A stretch of DNA of 64,000 nucleotides from Isurus oxyrinchus (taxonomy: Eukaryota). The position numbers and the translations under genes are program-made. This document shows, piece by piece, positions 10,818 through 23,100 of this stretch. Position 1 is the first letter of the stretch. Each line of letters starts with the position of its first letter. The DNA is taken from assembly GCA_026770705.1 (NCBI GenBank), contig JANJGN010000163.1, positions 992,001 to 1,056,000 of the forward strand, in the 5' to 3' direction. The notes beneath the pieces were generated by a model, which saw only the letters and a list, made by a program, of their open reading frames with translations, had not been told where the DNA came from and ran no database searches.

Positions 10818-10867
10818 TGTGGATCAGGACAGAGGGGTGTGAAAGGGTCTCCTCCCGTTCCTGCGTC

Positions 10868-10955
10868 GCCAGCCCCATGGAATTGAATGGCTCCATCAGC
10901 AGATTGTGGAACAGTCTCGAACGGGGCTGAATAGGGAATCATGTTCCTGTGTTAC
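10868..10955 (+). mobile_element. Degenerate 3' tail fragment of a CR1-type LINE (shark HER1-like)
   Basis: CAGCCCCATGGAATTGAATGGC...GGAACAGTCTCGAACGGGGCTGAATAG...TGTTCCTGTG resembles my recollection of shark CR1 3' ends (CAGCCATGAT..TTGAATGGCGGAGCAGGCTCGAGGGGCTGAATGG..CCTGTTCCTATG). Not verified by a search. Confidence 0.45.
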
Positions 10956-10987
10956 AGCTGTAAAGAGGCTGAACGATCTCCCCACAA

Positions 10988-11009
10988 CTTCCCGCCTCTT
11001 CCTATATAA
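10988..11009 (+). promoter_or_regulatory. Putative core promoter elements (GC box plus TATA) facing the 36-bp array
   Basis: CCCGCC (10991-10996), ETS-like CTTCC motifs (10988 and 10998) and TATATAA (11003-11009), about 120 nt before the array starts. Motif-only evidence. Confidence 0.3.
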
Positions 11010-11127
11010 CCAGATCCACTGGGATGAATGACTTCGTTGCGCGACAGGCTGAAGGAGATCTCTTCACTGTCTTCAAGAGCAAAACATTTGAATGTCCTCG
11101 AATTATGGCCCAACCAACTTCCAAACT

Positions 11128-14100
11128 ACCTCAGCACCCACTGGAGAGGGGTCACCACAGAGAACCTCAGCACCCACTGGAGAGGCATCACCACAGAGAA
11201 CCTCAGCACCCACTGGAGAGGGGTCACCACAGAGAACCTCAGCACCCACTGGAGAGGGGTCACCACAGAGAACCTCAGCACCCACTGGAGAGGCATCACC
11301 ACAGAGAACCTCAGCACCCACCGGAGAGGCATCACCACAGAGAACCTCAGCACCCACTGCAGAGGCATCACCACAGAGAACCTCAGCACCCACTGGAGAG
11401 GCATCACCTCAGAGAACCTCAGCACCCACTGGAGAGGGGTCACCACAGAGAACCTCAGCACCCACTGGAGAGGCATCACCACAGAGAAACTCAGCACCCA
11501 CTGGAGAGGGGTCACCACAGAGAACCTCAGCACCCACTGGACAGGTGTCACCACAGAGAACCTCAGCACCCACTGGAGAGGGGTCACCACAGAGAACCTC
11601 AGCACCCACTGGAGAGGGGTCACCACAGAGAACCTCAGCACCCACTGGAGAGGCATCACCACAGAGAACCTCAGCACCCACTGGAGAGGGGTCACCACAG
11701 AGAACCTCAGCACCCATTGGAGAGGGGTCACCACAGAGATCATCAGCACCCACTGGAGAGGCATCACCACAGAGAACCTCAGCACCCACTGGAGAGGGGT
11801 CACCACAGAGAACCTCAGAACCCACTGGAGAGGGGTCACCACAGAGAAACTCAGCACCCACTGGAGAGGGGTCACCACAGAGAACCTCAGCACCCACTGG
11901 AGAGGGGTCACCACAGAGAACCTCAGCACCCACTGGAGAGGGGTCACCACAGAGAACCGCAGCACCCAATGGAGAGGCATCACCACAGAGAACCTCAGCA
12001 CCCACTGGAGAGGCATCACCACAGAGAACCTCAGCACCCACTGGAGAGGGGTCACCACTGAGAACCTCAGCACCCACTGGAGAGGGGTCACCACAGAGAA
12101 CCTCAGCACCCACTGGAGAGGCTTCACCACAGAGAACCTCAGCACCCACTGGAGAGGGGTCACCACAGAGAACCTCAGCACCCACTGGAGAGGGGTCACC
12201 ACAGAGAACCTCAGCACCCACTGGAGAGGCATCACCACAGAGAACCTCAGCACCCACTGGAGAGGCATCACCACAGAGAACCTCAGCACCCACTGGAGAG
12301 GCATCACCACAGAGAACCTCAGCACCCACTGGAGAGGGGTCACCACAGAGAACCTCAGCACCCACTGGAGAGGGGTCACCACAGAGAACCTCAGCACCCA
12401 CTGGAGAGGGGTCACCACAGAGAACCTCAGCACCCACTGGAGAGGGGTCACCACAGAGAACCTCAGCACCCACTGGAGAGAGGTCACCACAGAGAACCTC
12501 AGCACCCACTGGAGAGGGGTCACCACAGAGAACCTCAGCACCCACTGGAGACGGGTCACCACAGAGAACCTCAGCACCCACTGGAGAGGGGTCACCACAG
12601 AGAACCTCCGCACCCACTGGAGAGGCATCACCACAGAGAACCTCAGCACCCACTGGAGAGGGGTCACCACAGAGAACCTCAGCACCCACTGGAGAGGGGT
12701 CACCACAGAGAACCTCAGCACCCACTGGAGAGGGGTCACCACAGAGAACCTCAGCACCCACTGGAGAGGGTTCACCACAGAGAACCTCAGCACCCACTGG
12801 AGAGGCATCACCACAGAGAACCTCAGCACGCAATGGAGAGGGGTCACCACAGAGAACCTCAGCACCCACTGGAGAGTGGTCACCACAGAGAACCTCAGCA
12901 CCCACTGGAGAGGGGTCACCACAGAGAACCTCAGCACCCACTGGAGAGGGGTCACCACAGAGAACCTCAGCACCCACTGGAGAGGCATCACCACAGAGAA
13001 CCTCAGCACCCACTGGAGAGGCTTCACCACAGAGAACCTCAGCACCCACTGGAGAGGCATCACCACAGAGAGCCTCAGCACCCACTGGAGAGGGGTCACC
13101 ACAGAGAACCTCAGCACCCACTGGTGAGGGGTCACCACAGAGAACCTCAGCACCCACTGAAGAGGGGTCACCACAGAGAACCTCAGCACCCACTGGAGAG
13201 GGGTCACCACAGAGAACCTCAGCACCCACTGGAGAGGGGTCACCACAGAGAACCTCAGCACCCACTGGAGAGGGGTCATCACAGAGAACCTCAGCACCCA
13301 CTGGAGAGGCATCACCACAGAGAACCTCAGCACCCACTGGAGAGGGGTCACCACAGAGAACCTCAGCACCCACTGGAGAGGGGTCACCACAGAGAACCTC
13401 AGCACCCACTGGAGAGGGTTCACCACAGAGACCCTCAGCACCCACTGGAGAGGGGTCACCACAGAGAACCTCAGCACCCACTGGAGAGGGGTCACCACAG
13501 AGAACCTCAGCACCCACTGGAGAGGCATCACCACAGAGAACCTCAGCACCCACTGGAGAGGGGTCACCACAGAACCTCAGCACCCACTGGAGAGGGGTCA
13601 CCACAGCGAACCTCAGCACCCACTGGAGAGGTGTCACCACAGAGAACCTCAGCACCCACTGGAGAGGGGTCACCACAGAGAACATCAGCACCCACTGGAG
13701 AGGGGTCACCACAGAGAACCTCAGCACCCACTGGAGAGGCATCACCACAGAGAACCTCAGCACCCACTGGAGAGGGGTCACCACAGAGAACCTCAGCACC
13801 CACTGGAGAGGGGTCACCACAGAGAACCTCAGCACCCACTGGAGAGGGGCTTCACCACAGAGAACCTCAGCACCCACTGGAGAGGGGTCACCACAGAGAA
13901 CCTCAGCACCCACTGGAGAGGGGTCACCACAGAGAACCTCAGCACCCACTGGAGAGGCTTCACCACAGAGAACCTCAGCACCCACTGGAGAGGGGTCACC
14001 ACAGAGAACCTCAGCACCCACTGGAGAGGGGTCACCACAGAGAACCTCAGCATCCACTGGAGAGGGGTCACCACAGAGAACCTCAGCACCCACTGGAGAG

Positions 14101-17100
14101 GGGTCACCACAGAGAACCTCAGCACCCACTGCAGAGGGGTCACCACAGAGAACCTCAGCACCCACTGGAGAGGGGTCACCACAGAGAACCTCAGCACCCA
14201 CTGGAGAGGGGTCACCACAGAGAACCTCAGAACCCACTGGAGAGGCATCACCACAGAGAACCACAGCACCCACTGGAGAGGGGTCACCACAGAGAACCTC
14301 AGCACCCACTGGAGAGGGGTCACCACAGAGAACCTCAGCACCCACTGGAGAGGCTTCACCACAGAGAACCTCAGCACCCACTGGAGAGGGGTCACCACAG
14401 AGACCCTCAGCACCCACTGGAGAGGGGTCACCACAGAGAACCACAGCAACCACTGGAGAGGGGTCACCACAGAGAACCTCAGCACCCACTGGAGAGGGGT
14501 CACCACAGAGAACCTCAGCACCCACTGGAGAGGGGTCACCACAGAGAACCTCAGCACCCACTGGAGAGGCTTCACCACAGAGAACCTCATCACCCACTGG
14601 AGAGGGGTCACCACAGAGAACCTCAGCACCCACTGGAGAGGGGTCACCAGAGAACCTCAGCACCCACTGGAGAGGGGTCACCACAGAGAACATCAGCACC
14701 CACTGGAGAGGGGTCACCACAGAGAACCTCAGCACCCACTGGAGAGGGGTCACCACAGAAAACCTCAGCACCCACTGGAGACGCGTCACCACAGAGAACC
14801 TCAGCACCCACTGGAGATGGGTCACCACAGAGAACCTCAGCACCCACTGGAGAGGGGTCACCACAGAGAACCTCAGCACCCACTGGAGAGGCATCGCCAC
14901 AAAGAAACTCAGCACCCACTGGAGAGGGATCACCACAGAAAACCTCAGCACCCACTGGAGAGTCATCACCACAGAGAACCTCAGCACCCACTGGAGAGGG
15001 GTCACCACAGAGAAACTCAGCACCCACCGGAGAGGGGTCACCACAGAGAACCTCAGCACCCACTGGAGAGGGGTCACCACAGAGAACCTCAGCACCCACT
15101 GGAGAGGGGTCACCACAGAGAACCTCAGCACCCACTGGAGAGGGGTCACCACAGAGAACCTCAGCACCCACTGGAGAGGGGGCACCACAGAGAACCTCAG
15201 CACCCACTGGAGAGGTGTCACCACAGGGAACCTCAGCACCCACTGGAGAGGCATCACCACAGAGAACCTCAGCACCCACTGGAGAGGGGTCACCACAGAG
15301 AACATCAGCACCCACTGGAGAGGGGTCACCACAGAGAACCTCAGCACCCACTGGTGAGGGGTCACCACAGAGAACCTCAGCACCCACTGGAGAGGCATCA
15401 CCACAGAGAACCTCAGCACCCACTGGAGAGGGGTCACCACAGAGAACCTGAGCACCCACTGGAGAGGGGTCACCACAGAGAACCTCAGCACCCACTGGAG
15501 AGGTGACACCACAGAGAACCTCAGCACCCACTGGAGAGGGGTCACCACAGAGAACCTCAGCACCCACTGGAGAGGGGTCACCACAGAGAACCTCAGCACC
15601 CACTGGAGAGGCTTCACCACAGAGAACCTCAGCACCCACTGGAGAGGGGTCACCACAGAGAACCTCAGCACCCACTGGAGAGGGGTCACCACAGAGAACC
15701 TCAGCACCCACTGGAGAGGGGTCACCACAGAGAACCTGAGCACCCACTGGAGAGGGGTCACCACAGAGAACCTCAGCACCCACTGGAGAGGGGTCACCAC
15801 AGAGAACCTCAGCACCCACTGGAGAGGGGTCACCACAGAGAACCTCAGCACACACTGGAGAGGGGTCACCACAGAGCCTCAGCACCCACTGGAGAGGGGT
15901 CACCACAGAGAACCTCAGCACCTACTGGAGAGGCTTCACCACAGAGAACCTCAGCACCCACTGGAGAGGCATCACCACAGAGAACCTCAGCACCCACTGG
16001 AGAGGCATCACCACAGAGAACCTCAGCACCCACTGGAGAGCGGTCACCACAGAGAACCTCAGCACCCACTGGAGAGGGGTCACCACAGAGAACCTCAGCA
16101 CCCACTGGAGAGGCATCACCACAGAGAACTTCAGCACCCACTGGAGAGGGGTCACCACAGAGAACCTCAGCACCCACTGGAGAGGCATCACCACAGAGAA
16201 CCTCAGCACCCACTGGAGAGGCATCACCACAGAGAACCTCAGCACCCACTGCAGAGGCATCACCACAGAGAACCTCAGCACCCACTGGAGAGGCATCACC
16301 TCAGAGAACCTCGGCACCCACTGGAGAGGGGTCACCACAGAGAACCTCAGCACCCACTGGAGAGGCATCACCACAGAGAAACTCAGCACCCACTGGAGAG
16401 GGGTCACCACAGAGAACCTCAGCACCCACTGGAGAGGGGTCACCACAGAGAACCTCAGCACCCACTGGAGAGGGGTCACCACAGAGAACCTCAGCACCCA
16501 CTGGAGAGGCTTCACCACAGAGAACCTCAGCACCCACTGGAGAGGGGTCACCACAGAGAACCTCAGCACCCACTGGAGAGGGGTCACCACAGAGAACCTC
16601 AGCACCCACTGGAGATGGGTCACCACAGAGAACCTCAGCACCCACTGGAGAGGGGTCACCACAGAGAACCTCAGCACCCACTGGAGAGGCATCGCCACAA
16701 AGAACCTCAGCACCCACTGGAGAGGGATCACCACAGAAAACCTCAGCACCCACTGGAGAGTCATCACCACAGAGAACCTCAGCACCCACTGGAGAGGGGT
16801 CACCACAGAGAAACTCAGCACCCACCGGAGAGGGGTCACCACAGAGAACCTCAGCACCCACTGGAGAGGGGTCACCACAGAGAACCTCAGCACCCACTGG
16901 AGAGGGGTCACCACAGAGAACCTCAGCACCCACTGGAGAGGGGTCACCACAGAGAACCTCAGCACCCACTGGAGAGGGGGCACCACAGAGAACCTCAGCA
17001 CCCACTGGAGAGGTGTCACCACAGGGAACCTCAGCACCCACTGGAGAGGCATCACCACAGAGAACCTCAGCACCCACTGGAGAGGGGTCACCACAGAGAA

Positions 17101-20100
17101 CATCAGCACCCACTGGAGAGGGGTCACCACAGAGAACCTCAGCACCCACTGGTGAGGGGTCACCACAGAGAACCTCAGCACCCACTGGAGAGGCATCACC
17201 ACAGAGAACCTCAGCACCCACTGGAGAGGGGTCACCACAGAGAACCTGAGCACCCACTGGAGAGGGGTCACCACAGAGAACCTCAGCACCCACTGGAGAG
17301 GTGACACCACAGAGAACCTCAGCACCCACTGGAGAGGGGTCACCACAGAGAACCTCAGCACCCACTGGAGAGGGGTCACCACAGAGAACCTCAGCACCCA
17401 CTGGAGAGGCTTCACCACAGAGAAACTCAGCACCCACTGGAGAGGGGTCACCACAGAGAACCTCAGCACCCACTGGAGAAGGGTCACCACAGAGAACCTC
17501 AGCACCCACTGGAGAGGGGTCACCACAGAGAACCTCAGCACCCACTGGAGAGGGGTCACCACAGAGAACCTCAGCACCCACTGGAGAGGGGTCACCACAG
17601 AGAACCTCAGCACCCACTGGAGAGGGGTCACCACAGAGAACCTCAGCACACACTGGAGAGGGGTCACCACAGAGCCTCAGCACCCACTGGAGCGGGGTCA
17701 CCACAGAGAACCTCAGCACCTACTGGAGAGGCTTCACCACAGAGAACCTCAGCACCCACTGGAGAGGCATCACCACAGAGAACCTCAGCACCCACTGGAG
17801 AGGCATCACCACAGAGAACCTCAGCACCCACTGGAGAGCGGTCACCACAGAGAACCTCAGCACCCACTGGAGAGGGGTCACCACAGAGAACCTCAGCACC
17901 CACTGGAGAGGCATCACCACAGAGAACTTCAGCACCCACTGGAGAGGGGTCACCACAGAGAACCTCAGCACCCACTGGAGAGGCATCACCACAGAGAACC
18001 TCAGCACCCACTGGAGAGGCATCACCACAGAGAACCTCAGCACCCACTGCAGAGGCATCACCACAGAGAACCTCAGCACCCACTGGAGAGGCATCACCTC
18101 AGAGAACCTCAGCACCCACTGGAGAGGGGTCACCACAGAGAACCTCAGCACCCACTGGAGAGGCATCACCACAGAGAAACTCAGCACCCACTGGAGAGGG
18201 GTCACCACAGAGAACCTCAGCACCCACTGGACAGGTGTCACCACAGAGAACCTCAGCACCCACTGGAGAGGGGTCACCACAGAGAACCTCAGCACCCACT
18301 GGAGAGGGGTCACCACAGAGAACCTCAGCACCCACTGGAGAGGCATCACCACAGAGAACCTCAGCACCCACTGGAGAGGGGTCACCACAGAGAACCTCAG
18401 CACCCACTGGAGAGGGGTCACCACAGAGAACCTCAGAACCCACTGGAGAGGGGTCACCACAGAGAAACTCAGCACCCACTGGAGAGGGGTCACCACAGAG
18501 AACCTCAGCACCCACTGGAGAGGGGTCACCACAGAGAACCTCAGCACCCACTGGAGAGGGGTCACCACAGAGAACCGCAGCACCCACTGGAGAGGCATCA
18601 CCACAGAGAACCTCAGCACCCACTGGAGAGGCATCACCACAGAGAACCTCAGCACCCACTGGAGAGGGGTCACCACAGAGAACCTCAGCACCCACTGGAG
18701 AGGCTTCACCACAGAGAACCTCAGCACCCACTGGAGAGGGGTCACCACAGAGAACCTCAGCACCCACTGGAGAGGGGTCACCACAGAGAACCTCAGCACC
18801 CACTGGAGAGGGGTCACCACAGAGAACCTCAGCACCCACTGGAGAGGGGTCACCACAGAGAACCTCAGCACCCACTGGAGAGAGGTCACCACAGAGAACC
18901 TCAGCACCCACTGGAGAGGGGTCACCACAGAGAACCTCAGCACCCACTGGAGAGGGGTCACCACAGAGAACCTCAGCACCCACTGGAGAGGCTTCACCAC
19001 AGAGAACCTCAGCACCCACTGGAGAGGGGTCCCCACCGAGAACCTCAGCACCCACTGGAGAGGCATCACCACAGAGAACCTCAGCACCCACTGGAGAGGC
19101 ATCACCACAGAGAACCTCAGCACCCACTGGAGAGGCATCACCACAGAGAACCTCAGCACCCACTGGAGAGGGGTCACCACAGAGAACCTCAGCACCCACT
19201 GGAGAGGGGTCACCACAGAGAACCTCAGCACCCACTGGAGAGGGGTCACCACAGAGAACCTCAGCACCCACTGGAGAGGGGTCACCACAGAGAACCTCAG
19301 CACCCACTGGAGAGAGGTCACCACAGAGAACCTCAGCACCCACTGGAGAGGGGTCACCACAGAGAACCTCAGCACCCACTGGAGACGGGTCACCACAGAG
19401 AACCTCAGCACCCACTGGAGAGGGGTCACCACAGAGAACCTCAGCACCCACTGGAGAGGCATCACCACAGAGAACCTCAGCACCCACTGGAGAGGGGTCA
19501 CCACAGAGAACCTCAGCACCCACTGGAGAGGGGTCACCACAGAGAACCTCAGCACCCACTGGAGAGGGGTCACCACAGAGAACCTCAGCACCCACTGGAG
19601 AGGGGTCACCACAGAGAACCTCAGCACCCACTGGAGAGGCATCACCACAGAGAACCTCAGCACGCACTGGAGAGGGGTCACAACAGAGAACCTCAGCACC
19701 CACTGGAGAGTGGTCACCACAGAGAACCTCAGCACCCACTGGAGAGGGGTCACCACAGAGAACCTCAGCACCCACTGGGGAGGGGTCACCACAGAGAACC
19801 TCAGCACCCACTGGAGAGGGGTCACCACAGAGAACCTCAGCACCCACTGGAGAGGGGTCAGCACAGAGAACCTCAGCACCCACTGGAGAGGCATCACCAC
19901 AGAGAACCTCAGCACCCACTGGAGAGGCTTCACCACAGAGAACCTCAGCACCCACTGGAGAGGCATCACCACAGAGAGCCTCAGCACCCACTGGAGAGGG
20001 GTCACCACAGAGAACCTCAGCACCCACTGGTGAGGGGTCACCACAGAGAACCTCAGCACCCACTGGAGAGGGGTCACCACAGAGAACCTCAGCACCCACT

Positions 20101-23100
20101 GGAGAGGGGTCACCACAGAGAACCTCAGCACCCACTGGAGAGGGGTCACCACAGAGAACCTCAGCACCCACTGGAGAGGGGTCATCACAGAGAACCTCAG
20201 CACCCACTGGAGAGGCATCACCACAGAGAAGCCTGGCACCCACTGGAGAGGGGTCACCACAGAGAACCTCAGCACCCACTGGAGAGGGGTCACCACAGAG
20301 AACCTCAGCACCCACTGGAGAGGGGTCACCACAGAGACCCTCAGCACCCACTGGAGAGGGGTCACCACAGAGAACCTCAGCACCCACTGGAGAGGGGTCA
20401 CCACAGAGAACCTCAGCACCCACTGGAGAGGCATCACCACAGAGAACCTCAGCACCCAAAGGAGAGGGGTCACCACAGAACCTCAGCACCCACTGGAGAG
20501 GGGTCACCACAGCGAACCTCAGCACCCACTGGAGAGGTGTCACCACAGAGAACCTCAGCACCCACTGGAGAGGGGTCACCACAGAGAACATCAGCACCCA
20601 CTGGAGAGGGGTCACCAAAGAGAACCTCAGCACCCACTGGAGAGGCATCACCACAGAGAACCTCAGCACCCACTGGAAAGGGGTCACCACAGAGAACCTC
20701 AGCACCCACTGGAGAGGGCTCACCACAGAGAACCTCTGCACCCACTGGAGAGGGGCTTCACCACAGAGAACCTCAGCACCCACTGGAGAGGGGTCACCAC
20801 AGAGAACCTCAGCACCCACTGGAGAGGGGTCACCACAGAGAACCTCAGCACCCACTGGAGAGGCTTCACCACAGAGAACCTCAGCACCCACTGGAGAGGG
20901 GTCACCACATAGAACCTCAGCACCCACTGGAGAGGGGTCACCACAGAGAACCTCAGCATCCACTGGAGAGGGGTCACCACAGAGAACCTCAGCACCCACT
21001 GGAGAGGGGTCACCACAGAGAACCTCAGCACCCACTGCAGAGGGGTCACCACAGAGAACCTCAGCACCCACTGGAGAGGGGTCACCACAGAGAACCTCAG
21101 CACCCACTGGAGAGGGGTCACCACAGAGAACCTCAGAACCCACTGGAGAGGCATCACCACAGAGAACCTCCGCACCCACTGGAGAGGGGTCACCACAGAG
21201 AACCTCAGCACCCACTGGAGAGGGGTCACCACAGAGAACCTCAGCACCCACTGGAGAGGCTTCACCACAGAGAACCTCAGCACCCACTGGAGAGGCATCA
21301 CCACAGAGACCCTCAGCACCCACTGGAGAGGGGTCACCACAGAGAACCTCAGCAACCACTGGAGAGGGGTCACCACAGAGAACCACAGCACCCACTGGAG
21401 AGGGGTCACCACAGAGAACCTCAGCACCCACTGGAGAGGGGTCACCACAGAGAACCTCAGCACCCACTGGAGAGGGGTCACCACAGAGAACCTCAGCACC
21501 CACTGGAGAGGCTTCACCACAGAGAACCTCAGCACCCACTGGAGAGGGGTCACCACAGAGAACCTCAGCACCCACTGGAGAGGGGTCACCACAGAGAACC
21601 TCAGCACCCACTGGAGAGGGGTCACCACAGAGAACATCAGCACCCACTGGAGAGGGGTCACCACAGAGAACCTCAGCACCCACTGGAGAGGGGTCACCAC
21701 AGAAAACCTCAGCACCCACTGGAGACGTGTCACCACAGAGAACCTCAGCACCCACTGGAGATGGGTCACCACAGAGAACCTCAGCACCCACTGGAGAGGC
21801 ATCACCACAGAGAACCTCAGCACCCACAGGAGAGGGGTCACCACAGAGAACCTCAGCTCCCACTGGAGAGCGGTCACCACAGAGAACCTCAGCACCCACT
21901 GGAGAGGCTTCACCACAGAGAACCTCAGCACCCACTGGAGAGGGGTCACAAGAGAGAACCTCAGCACCCACTGGAGAGGCTTCACCACAGAGAACCTCAG
22001 CACCCACTGGACAGGGGTCACCACAGAGAACCTCAGCACCCACTGGAGAGGGGTCACCACAGAGAACCTCAGCACCCACTGGAGAGGGGTCACCACAGAG
22101 AACCTCAGCACCCACTGGAGAGGCATCGCCACAAAGAACCTCAGCACCCACTGGAGAGGGATCACCACAGAAAACCTCAGCACCCACTGGAGAGTCATCA
22201 CCACAGAGAACCTCAGCACCCACTGGAGAGGGGTCACCACAGAGAACCTCAGCACCCACCGGAGAGGGGTCACCACAGAGAAACTCAGCACCCACTGGAG
22301 AGGGGTCACCACAGAGAACCTCAGCACCCACTGGAGAGGGGTCACCACAGAGAACCTCAGCACCCACTGGAGAGGGGTCACCACAGAGAACCTCAGCACC
22401 CACTGGAGAGGGGTCACCACAGAGAACCTCAGCACCCACTGGAGAGGGGTCACCACAGAGAACCTCAGCACCCACTGGAGAGGCATCACCACAGAGAACC
22501 TCAGCACCCACTGGAGAGGGGTCACCACAGAGATCCTCAGCACCCACTGGACAGGTGTCACCACAGGGAACCTCAGCACCCACTGGAGAGGCATCACCAC
22601 AGAGAACCTCAGCACCCACTGGAGAGGGGTCACCACAGAGAACATCAGCACCCACTGGAGAGGGGTCACCACAGAGAACCTCAGCACCCACTGGTGAGGG
22701 GTCACCACACAGAACCTCAGCACCCACTGGAGAGGCATCACCACAGAGAACCTCAGCACCCACCGGAGAGGGGTCACCACAGAGAACCTCAGCACCCACT
22801 GGACAGGGGTCACCACAGAGAACCTCAGCACCCACTGGAGAGGGGTCACCACAGAGAACCTCAGCACCCACTGGAGAGGGGTCACCACAGAGAACCTCAG
22901 CACCCACTGGAGAGGGGTCACCACAGAGAACCTCAGCACCCACTGGAGAGGCTTCACCACAGTGAACCTCAGCACCCACTGGAGAGGGGTCACCACAGAG
23001 AACCTCAGCACCCACTGGAGAGGGGTCACCACAGAGAACCTCAGCACCCACTGGAGAGGGGTCACCACAGAGAACCTCAGCACCCACTGGAGAGGGGTCA

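Noticed and set aside
9674-10942. Short ORFs in the unique spacer and an acceptor-like CCCTTGTCCCTTACAG at ~9856-9871
   Set aside because: I see no Ig-domain, leader or other recognisable motif in any frame after the acceptor, and the ORF lengths fit chance.
11135-11155. CTCF-like motif CCACTGGAGAGG in each unit
   Set aside because: It has three mismatches to the 12-nt core CCASYAGRKGGC, including high-information positions. A PWM scan or ChIP would be needed.
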